NCBI GenBank assembly: GCA_021325135.1
Contig: JAJPHT010000004.1
Span: 18,527 to 82,526 of the forward strand
Direction: 5' to 3'
Source of the DNA: Pseudomonadota bacterium
Lineage (GTDB): Archaea > Thermoplasmatota > SW-10-69-26 > JACQPN01 > JAJPHT01
DNA: 64,000 nucleotides
This document shows positions 49,024 through 58,333 of the stretch, piece after piece (the first letter of the stretch is position 1; each line of letters starts with the position of its first letter). A program made the translations under genes and the position numbers. The notes under the pieces were generated by a model, which saw only the letters and a list, made by a program, of their open reading frames with translations, had not been told where the DNA came from and did no database searches.

Positions 49024-49146
49024 TTAGTGCAGGCTGTAGGTGAAGCACGCGCTGCCGAAGTAGCAGCCCGTGAGGGGCGGGATCGCCCGGTTGACGGGCA
49101 TGGTCTCGATGCTCTCGATCTCGGAAGCCTTCAGCGTCTTGGGCAT
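49024..49146 (-). CDS. Putative lanthipeptide precursor A2 (40 aa)
   Basis: GGAG RBS; MPKTLKASEIESIETMPVNRAIPPLTGCYFGSACFTYSLH; homologous to A1. Confidence 0.85.
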   Translation of the reverse strand: MPKTLKASEIESIETMPVNRAIPPLTGCYFGSACFTYSLH

Positions 49147-49317
49147 GTCCTGCACTCCAAGCCGGCGGGGGCCGGCGGCGAGGGAACGGGAGGAGCGCCC
49201 ATGAAGGCGTCGCCTTCCCCGCCGGGAGGGACCGGACCCGTCCAGGCGGCCGTTTCTTCCCCGGAAAGTGAAACGGGAGCCCAAACCTTCTTTTCGAGGC
49301 CGCCCGGTGGGACGACC

Positions 49318-50478
49318 ATGCGCGACGCGTACGTCGTCGGCGTGGGCGCCACGCCCTTCGGCAAGCTCGACACCACCCTGCGCGAGTCCGCGGTGCTCGC
49401 CGCCCTGGAGGCCATCGACCAGGCGGGGATCGATCCGGGCCTGCTGGAGGGCGCGTTCGTGGCCAACGCCCTGGGCATGGCCGAGCGGCAGGGCCACCTG
49501 GGCCCCCTGGTCATGACGAGCCTGGGCATCCCCGAGAAGCCGGCCTCCACCATCGAGGCGGCGTGCGCGTCGGGCGCGTCGGCCTTCCGCGAGGCCTACG
49601 TCAACGTCGCGGGCGGCTTCGCCGACGCCTACCTCGCCGTGGGCGTGGAGAAGGTCAGCGGCATCGACAGCATCACCGCGACGGGCTACTTCGCCTACGC
49701 GTCCGACTACGTGTACGAGGGAAGCTGCGGCGCCTCCTTCCCGGGCCTCTACGCCACCATCGCGCGGGCGCACATGAAGCGCTTCGGCACGACGGAGGAG
49801 GACCTGGCCCGCGTCGCGGTGAAGAACCACGAGAACGCGCTCCTGAACCCCAAGGCGCACCTCAAGAAGAAGATCAGCGTGGAGGACGTGCTCAAGAGCA
49901 CCGTCGTCTCGACGCCGCTGAAGATGTTCGACGCGTGCCCGTTCAGCGACGGCGCGGCGGCAGCCATCGTCACAACCAAGGAGATCGCGCAGCGCCTGGG
50001 CGGCCCCATGGTCCGCGTCGCGGGCGTCGGCCGCGCGGGCAGCCTCGCGGCGCTCCCCGACCGCAGCGACCTCACGAGCCTCACGGGCACCAAGGTTGCC
50101 GCGGCGCAGGCGCTCAAGCAGGCCAAGCTGGGCGTCGCCGACGTGGACTTCTTCGAGCTGCACGACTGCTTCACCATCGCGGAGCTGGTCGCCATGGAGG
50201 ACCTGGGCCTCGCGGCGCCGGGCAAGGCGGCCGCCATGGTGCGCGACGGGCAGACCGCGCGCCACGGCGACGTCCCCATCAACGCCTCCGGCGGCCTCAA
50301 GGCCAAGGGGCACCCCGTCGCGGCCACGGGCCTCGGGCAGGTCTACGAGCTCTACAACCAGATCACGGGCAAGGTCGGGGGCGAGCGCCAGCTTCGCGGC
50401 GTGAAGACCGGCCTCTCCCACAACGTGGGCGCCACAGGCGGCAGCGTCGCGGTCACGATCCTCCAGGGGGAGAACTGA
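49318..50478 (+). CDS. Archaeal/SCP2-type thiolase with intact catalytic motifs
   Basis: EAACASG, HDCF, GHP, HNVG. Confidence 0.93.
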   Translation: MRDAYVVGVGATPFGKLDTTLRESAVLAALEAIDQAGIDPGLLEGAFVANALGMAERQGHLGPLVMTSLGIPEKPASTIEAACASGASAFREAYVNVAGGFADAYLAVGVEKVSGIDSITATGYFAYASDYVYEGSCGASFPGLYATIARAHMKRFGTTEEDLARVAVKNHENALLNPKAHLKKKISVEDVLKSTVVSTPLKMFDACPFSDGAAAAIVTTKEIAQRLGGPMVRVAGVGRAGSLAALPDRSDLTSLTGTKVAAAQALKQAKLGVADVDFFELHDCFTIAELVAMEDLGLAAPGKAAAMVRDGQTARHGDVPINASGGLKAKGHPVAATGLGQVYELYNQITGKVGGERQLRGVKTGLSHNVGATGGSVAVTILQGEN

Positions 50479-50868
50479 ATGGCGGAGGCGGCGACGCGCC
50501 ACGTCATGACGCAGAAGGAGCAGAAGGACGCCGCCAAGGAGGGCAGGCTCCTGGCGTGGCAGTGCGCCCGGTGCGGCCACAAGAGCATCACGCCCATGTA
50601 CGTCTGCCCCCTGGACAAGGGCCGCGACATCACCACCGCGCAGCTTCCCAGCACGGGCGTCGTCGAGGCGTACACCATCCAGAAGCTCATCGCGCCCGAG
50701 GAGTTCCTCAACGACATCCCCTTCGCGTTCGTCGTGGTGCGCCTGGACGACGGCACGCACGTCTCCGGCATGGTGCTGGACGTGAACTCGGAGCGCGACC
50801 TGCCCCCCGGCAGCAAGGTCAAGCACGCGCCGTCGTACAAATCGGTCTACCTCTTCGAGAAGGCGTAG
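50479..50868 (+). CDS. DUF35 Zn-ribbon/OB-fold protein
   Basis: CARC...CPLD ribbon plus OB-fold; directly after the thiolase. Confidence 0.88.
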   Translation: MAEAATRHVMTQKEQKDAAKEGRLLAWQCARCGHKSITPMYVCPLDKGRDITTAQLPSTGVVEAYTIQKLIAPEEFLNDIPFAFVVVRLDDGTHVSGMVLDVNSERDLPPGSKVKHAPSYKSVYLFEKA

Positions 50869-50870
50869 CG

Positions 50871-51716
50871 ATGGCCGCGCCCAACACGTTCAACCTGCCC
50901 GCCGAGACCCTCGCCTCGTGGGCGTCGCGCGTCGCGGGCTTCCGCGGCCAGAAGTCCGTGGACGAGGTGCTCCGCGAGATGGAGGGCGCCGCGCAGAAGG
51001 CCGGCCCCGACGGGAAGGTCGCCCTCTCGCGCCACCAGCTCTGGACGTGGGGCGAGTCGCTCCAGGGGCTCAGCGCGAAGCTGCCCCTTGCTGGCGCCGA
51101 CGCCGCGCGCGGCCTCGCCGCCGAGATCCGCGGCATCCTCTCCGGGCAGCCCGTCGCCGCGCCCGCGCCGACGCCGCAGGCACCCTCCCTCGCGACGGGC
51201 CTCTCGTGGGAGACGCCCAAGGCGCCCGCCGCCGCGGCGCCCCCGCCCGTCACCTACGTCAAGCCCGCGCCCGCGGCCAGCGACCTCGTGCGCCTCGTGG
51301 CGGACCGCGACCTGGGCTCCGCCGTGCAGGGCATGATCCGCGGCGCCAAGCAGGAGATCCTCGTCCTCTCGCCCTGGCGCGGCGGCATGGACACGCTGCT
51401 CAACGACCTCGTGGCCGTCCCGCCCGCGGTCGCCATCCGGCTCATCACGCGCGCGCCGCAGCCCGACGACCCCGCGTACCACCGCGCGCTGGCGGACCTG
51501 CGCCGCCGCGGCGTGGACGTCGCCGTCTCGCCCTACGTCCACACGCGCATGGTCATCGTCGACGCGCAGACGCTCCTCCTGGGCGCCGCCAGCATCCCGG
51601 GCCCCACGGTGGGCTACTCGCGCGAGGTGGCCATCCTCACCACGGACCCCCGATCGGTGGCGGATGCGCGGCTGCACTTCGCCAACGTGCAGCGCGACGT
51701 GCGCGGGCCCGTGTAG
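50871..51716 (+). CDS. Protein with C-terminal degenerate phospholipase D-like domain
   Basis: AKQEILVLSPW, VHTRMVIVD, LGAAS, SRE. Confidence 0.75.
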   Translation: MAAPNTFNLPAETLASWASRVAGFRGQKSVDEVLREMEGAAQKAGPDGKVALSRHQLWTWGESLQGLSAKLPLAGADAARGLAAEIRGILSGQPVAAPAPTPQAPSLATGLSWETPKAPAAAAPPPVTYVKPAPAASDLVRLVADRDLGSAVQGMIRGAKQEILVLSPWRGGMDTLLNDLVAVPPAVAIRLITRAPQPDDPAYHRALADLRRRGVDVAVSPYVHTRMVIVDAQTLLLGAASIPGPTVGYSREVAILTTDPRSVADARLHFANVQRDVRGPV

Positions 51717-51719
51717 CAG

Positions 51720-51842
51720 GTCGTCGGCGGCGCCGCAGCGCCGCTACCCGAGGGGGTTTCAGGGGGCGCAGCCCCCTGACGTGAACGCCCCGTCCCAGCA
51801 GACGACCGAGACGTCAGGGGGCTGCGCCCCTCGAACCCCCCG
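51720..51842. repeat. REPIN-like element (inverted REP pair)
   Basis: Homologous to 18345-18465, including the upstream GCGCCGCAGCGC segment. Confidence 0.85.
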
Positions 51843-51865
51843 CTTTTGGCGCGGCCGCCGAAACG

Positions 51866-52819
51866 CTAACCCGGCCCCGCCCCAAGGAGCAGCGCCGAGA
51901 GGACCGTTCCGCGGTCCAGATGCACGGTGGACTGGTCGGTGCGGGCCACCGTCGTGCGCTCGTCCACGTCCAGGACGTCCTCCGCCCGCGTGGGCATGCC
52001 GTTGTCCTTCATGGCGATGGCCAGCAGGGCGTGGTCCACGGGCAGGCGCACGTCGCGGGAGTCGGAGCCGCTGTCGCTGGAGCGCAGCGTCGAGTTGGCG
52101 AGGTCTCCCACGGACGCGCTGCCGTTGGCGCGGAGCAGGGGCAGGGCGGCCTTCGCGGTCGCCGGGGTGAGGGAGACCGACTGGACGACGCGCGGGTCCG
52201 GGTGCGCGGCGGCGAGGTCCCGCGTCGCGCTGCTCCCGGTCGCCACGTCCCGGTACGAGACGAGGGCGTGGGGATCGAGGGCGAAGCCGTTGGCCAGGAG
52301 CGCGAGGCCGCCCGCGGCCGTCTCGTCGGGGAGCGACGCGCGGCGCGAGAGCGCGTCGGAGGTCGTGTACGTCACGTCGCGCGTGAGCAGGTCCGAAAGC
52401 GCGCCCTGCGTCGGCGCGACGCCCAGCGTGAGCGCGCTCAGGACGTTCTCCACCGGCACGTCGACGCGCTGCGACGAGACGGTCGTGCGCGCCCGCGAGG
52501 AGTCGCTCTGCGCGAGGTCGCTCACGTTGAAGGGGACCCCGCTGGCGCGGGAGAGCGCGAGGGCGTTCTCCACCGTGGTCTGGTCCAGGGACACGTTCTG
52601 GGCCGAGGTGGCGTCCCGCGAGTAGGCGCGATGCGCGTCGGAGAGCGCGTCAAGGGCGCCTCCCGCAGGGATGCCGGTGGGCTCGTGAGCGCGGACCTCG
52701 GTGGCCAGCGGGTCCGCGGGGAGCGCCAGCGGGGAGGCGAGGGACGCGGGCGCCAGGAGCAGGAGAAGGAAGGCCAGCCCGCTCGCCCATGCGGGTGCGA
52801 CGCGCGCGGCGCTGGCCAT
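51866..52819 (-). CDS. Secreted hypothetical protein with internal duplication
   Basis: Signal peptide; QNVSLDQ...PVENVL repeated as QSVSLTP...PVDHAL. Confidence 0.7.
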   Translation of the reverse strand: MASAARVAPAWASGLAFLLLLLAPASLASPLALPADPLATEVRAHEPTGIPAGGALDALSDAHRAYSRDATSAQNVSLDQTTVENALALSRASGVPFNVSDLAQSDSSRARTTVSSQRVDVPVENVLSALTLGVAPTQGALSDLLTRDVTYTTSDALSRRASLPDETAAGGLALLANGFALDPHALVSYRDVATGSSATRDLAAAHPDPRVVQSVSLTPATAKAALPLLRANGSASVGDLANSTLRSSDSGSDSRDVRLPVDHALLAIAMKDNGMPTRAEDVLDVDERTTVARTDQSTVHLDRGTVLSALLLGAGPG

Positions 52820-52869
52820 GGGACCCCCCGTGCGGGGGCGGCAACGGAAGAAGCTTCTCGCCCGATGGC

Positions 52870-53745
52870 TCAGGAGCGGAGCTCGTCCAGCGTCGTCGTG
52901 CGCTCCGCGAAGGCGTTGTGCTTGTGGATGCTCTCCTCGGCCTCGCTGCGGGCGACGACCAGCGTGTCGCCGGGCAGGCGGGCGTACCGCGTCGTCACGG
53001 CGTGCAGCATCTCGCGCACCACGTCCTCCACGAATCGCGGGTTCTCGTGGGCGTGCATCACGAGGGCGGTCTCGTCGCCGCGCTTGAGAAGCTCGTAGGT
53101 GGGCGCGGAGAGCGAGGCCTCGGCGATGTCGATGAGCTCGTCCGCCTCCACGCTGTGGCCCGCGGGCGTCTCCACGATGAGCGTCGCCACGTTGCGCTGG
53201 TTGTGCGTGATGGTGGGGAAGCCCTCGACCGCGTGCCCCTTGCTGGCGAGGATGGCGCGGCTGCCCTCCATCGCGCACGGGCAGGCGCTCATGCCGATGA
53301 CCTCCACGCCGATGGTGCGACGCTCGGCGCCCTCGCGCGTCGCGGTGGCGCTGGCGACCAGCTGATAGCGCTCCAGCGTGGGGGCCTGGTTCTGCGGCGT
53401 GCGGCGCTCGCGGAAGTAGTCCGCGCTGACGTGCGCCTCGGCCTCGGCGGCGTACTCGTGGCGCTCCAGGAGGGCGTGCACGATGCCGCTGGCCAGGTCC
53501 TCCAGGGAGGCCGTCTCCTTGCGGACGTGCTCGTCGATGACGCGGTTCACGACCTCGATGTTGCGGCTCATGTGCGTGCCGCGCTGCTCGGCGGGGAGGT
53601 CCACGAAGACGTCGAACGTGCCCACGAGGTGGTTGGCGCGGCCGTGGCGCGCCACGCGCAGGGGCTTCACGACGCCCGTCACGCCCACGCGGGTGAGGCG
53701 GAAGGGTCGCGGCGCCCGGTGGGCCTGCACGTCGGGGAGCTTCAT
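52870..53745 (-). CDS. mptA: GTP cyclohydrolase MptA/FolE2 family
   Basis: LPDVQ, RGTHMSR, ACPC, THNQR, LKRGDE, FVED, ESIHKHNA. Confidence 0.93.
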   Translation of the reverse strand: MKLPDVQAHRAPRPFRLTRVGVTGVVKPLRVARHGRANHLVGTFDVFVDLPAEQRGTHMSRNIEVVNRVIDEHVRKETASLEDLASGIVHALLERHEYAAEAEAHVSADYFRERRTPQNQAPTLERYQLVASATATREGAERRTIGVEVIGMSACPCAMEGSRAILASKGHAVEGFPTITHNQRNVATLIVETPAGHSVEADELIDIAEASLSAPTYELLKRGDETALVMHAHENPRFVEDVVREMLHAVTTRYARLPGDTLVVARSEAEESIHKHNAFAERTTTLDELRS

Positions 53746-53828
53746 CGGCTTCGCCTATGGGGCGTCCCATGATGAAGGTGACTCACCTCCTTGCGCGCCC
53801 TTTTCCGCCATCCCCCCTTTCGCGCCGC

Positions 53829-55046
53829 GTGGACGTGGTGGTCATCGGCGGCGGCGCGGCGGGCTTCTTCGGCGCCCTGCGCGCCGCGGAGGGGGGAGCG
53901 CGCGTCGTCCTGCTGGAGGCCACGCAGTCGCCGCTCCAGAAGGTGCGCATCTCCGGGGGAGGACGCTGCAACGTGACCAACGCCGCGACGGACCCCGCCG
54001 TGCTGGCCACGAAGTACCCGCGCGGGGGCAAGGAGATGCGCGGCGCGCTCTCGCGCTTCGGGCCGCGGGAGACCATGGCGTGGTTCGAGGCGCGGGGCGT
54101 CAGGCTCAAGGCCGAGCCCGACGGGCGCGTGTTCCCGACGACGGACGACTCGGCGACCATCGTGGACTGCCTCCTCTCGGAGGCGCGGCGCCTGGGCGTC
54201 GAGGTGCGCACCGGCGCGCGGCCCTCGGGGATCGCGCGCACGCAGGAGGGCTACCGGCTCGCGTTGAAGGAGGGCCCCCTGGACGCGCGCGCCGTGCTCC
54301 TCGCCAGCGGCAGCAACCCCAACGGCCTCGCCCTCGCGGCGAGCCTGGGGCACAAGCTCGTGCCGCCCGTGCCCAGCCTCTTCACGTTCGAGGTGAAGGA
54401 CCCTCGCCTCGACGGGCTCGCGGGCGTCTCGGTGGAGCGCGTGCGAGCGAAGGCCCTCGTGGGGAGCGAGACGTTCGAGCAGGAGGGGCCGCTCCTCGTC
54501 ACGCACTGGGGGCTCTCCGCGCACGCGGTGCTGAGGCTCTCGGCGTGGGGCGCGCGGGCGTTCCACGACGCGGGCTATCGCGCGAAGCTCGTCGTCGACT
54601 GGCTGCCGGACCTGCCGGAGCCGGCGCTGCGCGACCGCGTCCTGAGGCTGCGCGAGCACGAGGCGCGCGGCACGCTGGGCGCGCACCCGGTGGCGACGGA
54701 GATCCCGCGCCGCCTGTGGGATCGCCTCGTCGAGGCGGCCGGAGGGGACCCGTCGCTGCGCTGGGGCGAGGTGCCCAACCGCGGCGTGCAGGCGCTCCTG
54801 GACCAGCTCAAGCGGAGCGCCTTCGAGGTGACCGGCAAGGGGCCCTTCCGCGAGGAGTTCGTCACCGCGGGCGGCGTCGACCGGCGCGAGGTGGACTGGC
54901 GCACGATGGAGAGCCGCGTGGCGCCGGGCTTCCACGTCGCGGGCGAGGCGCTGGACGTGGACGCGCTGACGGGGGGCTACAACCTCCAGTGCGCGTGGAC
55001 CACGGGCTGGATCGCGGGATCGCACCTCGCGCAGGCCCGCTCGTGA
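53829..55046 (+). CDS. HI0933/BaiN-family flavoprotein oxidoreductase
   Basis: IGGGAAG, SGGGRCNVTN, GRVFP, THWGLS, VTAGGV, TGGYNLQ. Confidence 0.93.
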   Translation: MDVVVIGGGAAGFFGALRAAEGGARVVLLEATQSPLQKVRISGGGRCNVTNAATDPAVLATKYPRGGKEMRGALSRFGPRETMAWFEARGVRLKAEPDGRVFPTTDDSATIVDCLLSEARRLGVEVRTGARPSGIARTQEGYRLALKEGPLDARAVLLASGSNPNGLALAASLGHKLVPPVPSLFTFEVKDPRLDGLAGVSVERVRAKALVGSETFEQEGPLLVTHWGLSAHAVLRLSAWGARAFHDAGYRAKLVVDWLPDLPEPALRDRVLRLREHEARGTLGAHPVATEIPRRLWDRLVEAAGGDPSLRWGEVPNRGVQALLDQLKRSAFEVTGKGPFREEFVTAGGVDRREVDWRTMESRVAPGFHVAGEALDVDALTGGYNLQCAWTTGWIAGSHLAQARS

Positions 55047-55326
55047 CACGGATTGTCACTGTTAGTCTTGGCTTTGTTCGATCTCACAACACGTTGAGGA
55101 GGCCTCTACGGATCGTGGCTCGTCTTGACGAGTCCGATTGGGGCGGAATGTCCGATTCTCCTCGACTCGACTGGACCCGCCAGAAGCTATCGTTCGGAAG
55201 TGTGCATCAGATCAGGGATTGGATGCCTGCCCACTCGTCTTATGCACTTGGAGCGGATTGCGAGGGCACCTGGAGGCTGGACCCTTCGCGACCGTGGGCG
55301 AAGGGTCCCCAGGGGAGTGTTAGAGA

Positions 55327-56949
55327 ATGAATCTGAGAATCGTCTTCCCGATCGGGATCGTAGCTGCGCTCGTGCTCTCCTCGCTGGGAGGCGCCGCGCC
55401 CTCCGCGACCGTCACGCTCAACGGAAACCTCTCGCCGCTGCTCGCAAGCGCGGTCGACCTTGGCCCCGCGCCTGGCGCCGGCGTCATCGAGATCGTCTGG
55501 TCGCTCCAGCTGCGCGACCAGGCCGGCCTGGACCAGTTCCTCGCGGACGTCCAGAACCCCGAGAGCCCCGTCTACCACCAGTTCCTCACCCAGGACCAGT
55601 TCAACGCGCGCTTCGCGCCCGCAGCGGACACGGAGCAGGCCGTCATCGCCTACCTCCAGGCCCAGGGCTTCACCATCACGCAGACGTTCTCCAACCACCT
55701 GCTGGTGGCCGCCCAGGCGCCCGTCGCCACGGTGGAGAAGACGTTCAACGTGCAGATCGACTCGGTGCTCCTCAACGGCGAGCTGGGCTACGCGGCCCTC
55801 AACGAGCCCACCGTCCCCGGCGACCTCGCCGCGGCCACCGTGGGCATCCTCGGCCTTGACAACCTCGGCCGCGTCCACCACATGGACAACCTCGGCACCA
55901 ACTGCTGCTACTTCTCGCCCCGCGACCTGAACAACTTCTACAACGAGGACCACAACGGCGCCCACACGGGCTCCGGCCAGACGGTGGTCATCGTCGGCGC
56001 GTACGACTTCAAGACCACGGACTTCTCCGCGTTCAACACGCAGATGGCCCTCTCGAACCCCTCCGTCACCCGCGTCTGCGCGGGCGGCACGCTGGGCGTC
56101 TCGGCCGGCTGCAAGTTCAGCAGCGTCGGCTCGAACTCCATCGAGATCAGCCTCGACATCGAGTACGCCCACGGCACGGCGCCCAGCGCGGGCCTCGTCT
56201 CCGTCATGGCGAAGTCCACGGCCCTCACCGACTTCACGACGGCGTACAACAACGTCGTGACGAACAACTACGGCCACTCGGTCTCCACGAGCTGGGGCCT
56301 CTGCGAGCAGTCCATGGCCGCGGCGACCCGCTCCTCGGACGACAGCATCTTCGCCAACGCCGTCTCCATCGGCCAGTCCTGGTTCTCCGCCTCGGGCGAC
56401 TCGGGCTCGACGGACTGCAGCGGCGCGACGGGCGTCGACTACCCCGCGTCCACGACCAACGTCATGGGCGTCGGCGGCACGCACCCCACCTGCCCCTCGG
56501 GCAGCTTCATCGCCAGCAACCCCGTCTGCAGCGGCTACGGCAGCGAGACGGGCTGGAGCGGCTCGGGCGGCGGCGACTCCGTCTACTACGCGAAGCCCTC
56601 CTGGCAGACGGGCTGCAGCGTCCCCTCGGGCAACCGCCACGTCCCCGACGTGAGCCTGGAGGCCGACACGACCCCCGGCAACCTCGTCGCCTACAACGGC
56701 GGCTGGTACGCGGTGGGCGGCACCTCCGACGCCGCGCCCCAGATGGCGGGCATCTTCGCGGCCCTCAACGCCGCGAAGGGCGGCAGCGGCCTGGGCAACC
56801 CCGGCACGCGCCTCTACGCGCTCTGCGCCGGCAACTCGTTCCACGACGTGACGTCGGGCTCCAACGGCGGCTTCTCGGCCGGCGCGGGCTACGACCGCGT
56901 CACCGGCATCGGCTCCATCAACGAGGGCAACCTCATCACGAACTACTGA
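55327..56949 (+). CDS. Secreted S53 (sedolisin/kumamolisin) peptidase
   Basis: Signal peptide and prodomain; EISLD, SGDSG, VPDVS, GGTS, YDRVTGIG. Confidence 0.93.
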   Translation: MNLRIVFPIGIVAALVLSSLGGAAPSATVTLNGNLSPLLASAVDLGPAPGAGVIEIVWSLQLRDQAGLDQFLADVQNPESPVYHQFLTQDQFNARFAPAADTEQAVIAYLQAQGFTITQTFSNHLLVAAQAPVATVEKTFNVQIDSVLLNGELGYAALNEPTVPGDLAAATVGILGLDNLGRVHHMDNLGTNCCYFSPRDLNNFYNEDHNGAHTGSGQTVVIVGAYDFKTTDFSAFNTQMALSNPSVTRVCAGGTLGVSAGCKFSSVGSNSIEISLDIEYAHGTAPSAGLVSVMAKSTALTDFTTAYNNVVTNNYGHSVSTSWGLCEQSMAAATRSSDDSIFANAVSIGQSWFSASGDSGSTDCSGATGVDYPASTTNVMGVGGTHPTCPSGSFIASNPVCSGYGSETGWSGSGGGDSVYYAKPSWQTGCSVPSGNRHVPDVSLEADTTPGNLVAYNGGWYAVGGTSDAAPQMAGIFAALNAAKGGSGLGNPGTRLYALCAGNSFHDVTSGSNGGFSAGAGYDRVTGIGSINEGNLITNY

Positions 56950-57006
56950 GCCCCGTCCGCGGGCTGCGGCCCGCTCTCTTTTTTCTTCTTTTCTTGCCCC
57001 AGCCCG

Positions 57007-57069
57007 GGGGCTGCCGCTCCCAGGCCCCCCGCGAGTCCTCGCGGGGGGATGGACGAACGCGGCAGCCCC
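57007..57069. repeat. GC-rich hairpin after a T-tract (REP-related or terminator)
   Basis: GGGGCTGCCGC/GCGGCAGCCCC enclosing CCCCCCGCGAG/CTCGCGGGGGG. Confidence 0.6.
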
Positions 57070-57166
57070 GGAGAGCCTCTCGGCGCCGCGCTCCACAAGT
57101 CTACGTCGCGCCCAGAACGGTTAAGTCCGGCTCACGGGCATCTGGCCGGCAGGAGGCTCGAAGTCC

Positions 57167-58333
57167 TTGTCCACGCCCCGGGGCGCCCGCCTTGCGCCCG
57201 TCCTTCTTCTCGCCCTCGCCGTCGTGCTCGGCGGATGCATCGGCAAGCCGGGGGGCGGCCAGAAGCCCGTCGCCACGACGCCCACCACCGTGAACCAGAC
57301 CAGCTTCGACCTCCCCGACCAGCGCGGCAAGTCCAACGCGGCGACCGAGACGAACATCACGGAGAAGGGCGCGGGCGGCGTCGAGCACAAGCACGACTAC
57401 TGGAAGGGGCGCGAGCAGGTCGTCGTCTTCCAGGGCGACGTCGTCCCCGAGATCTTCCCCTTCTTCCCCGAGGGGCAGGGCTCCACCCCCAAGGGCGTCT
57501 CCTACGTCATCCTCCCCAACACGTCGCTGGTCTACGAGGGCGCGACGAAGGTCTCCATCCTCGCCAAGACGCCCACCGTGAAGGGCACCGCGGAGCCTTC
57601 GCCCCCCAAGCTCACCTTCTCCTACCGCACCGCGGCGGACAACGCGTGGCGCTCCGGGGGCGAGCTGACCTACGACAAGGCCATCGACATCCCCGTGAAG
57701 GCGGCCGAGACGGACATGCCGCACTCCACCCAGAGCCTCTGGAACTTCCGCATCCTCTTCGACCGCCCCGCCTTCGACGAGGCCGTGAACGTCACCGTCA
57801 CCGCGTACCGCGGCGGCGACATCGTCAACTGGCCCGGCCACCCCGACTTCTACCCCGACAACAAGACCGAGCGCGTCGTGTACGACGGCGACATGAAGAC
57901 GCACGTCTACGGCTTCCCCCAGGACGGCTTCTACGAAGGGACCGAGGCGTGGTTCGCCCCCAGCAAGCTCATCAGCTACGGCACGGGCAGCCTCGACGTG
58001 TTCGTGAACGTCTCCTCGTTCAGCTCGACGCCCCCCATCCCCGCGACGCTCTACGAGCTCTACTTCCACAACGCGACGCGGCTGGGCATCGGGTGCTGCG
58101 ACGGCGACCTCGCGCAGGACGCCGAGGGGAAGAACGACCTCAAGACGTACCACTTCCACCTCAACGTGACGCCCGACGGCATGGACGGCCCCTACCAGCC
58201 CGCGAGCCGCTGGGGCTTACACCTGGCGGCCGTGACGGGCGCGTTCAGCGACAGCACGTCCTACGACATCGAGTACCACATCAAGATCATCGCCCACAAG
58301 GGCGCGGACTCGATGCTGGGCATGACGATGTGA
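57167..58333 (+). CDS. Lipoprotein of unknown function
   Basis: Lipobox LGGC; beta-rich body. Confidence 0.8.
   Translation: MSTPRGARLAPVLLLALAVVLGGCIGKPGGGQKPVATTPTTVNQTSFDLPDQRGKSNAATETNITEKGAGGVEHKHDYWKGREQVVVFQGDVVPEIFPFFPEGQGSTPKGVSYVILPNTSLVYEGATKVSILAKTPTVKGTAEPSPPKLTFSYRTAADNAWRSGGELTYDKAIDIPVKAAETDMPHSTQSLWNFRILFDRPAFDEAVNVTVTAYRGGDIVNWPGHPDFYPDNKTERVVYDGDMKTHVYGFPQDGFYEGTEAWFAPSKLISYGTGSLDVFVNVSSFSSTPPIPATLYELYFHNATRLGIGCCDGDLAQDAEGKNDLKTYHFHLNVTPDGMDGPYQPASRWGLHLAAVTGAFSDSTSYDIEYHIKIIAHKGADSMLGMTM

Noticed and set aside
49024-50826. 600-aa minus-strand ORF ending in the A2 peptide
   Set aside because: The upstream part is the antisense shadow of the thiolase; the real gene is the 40-aa ORF with its own RBS
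49318-50868. Thiolase/DUF35 pair as RiPP tailoring (acylation) enzymes
   Set aside because: Standard archaeal gene pair transcribed away from the cluster; adjacency alone is insufficient
55047-55326. Lower-GC gap with a ~60-aa ORF (MSDSPRLDW...)
   Set aside because: Atypical codon usage and no motif; more likely the regulatory region of the S53 peptidase
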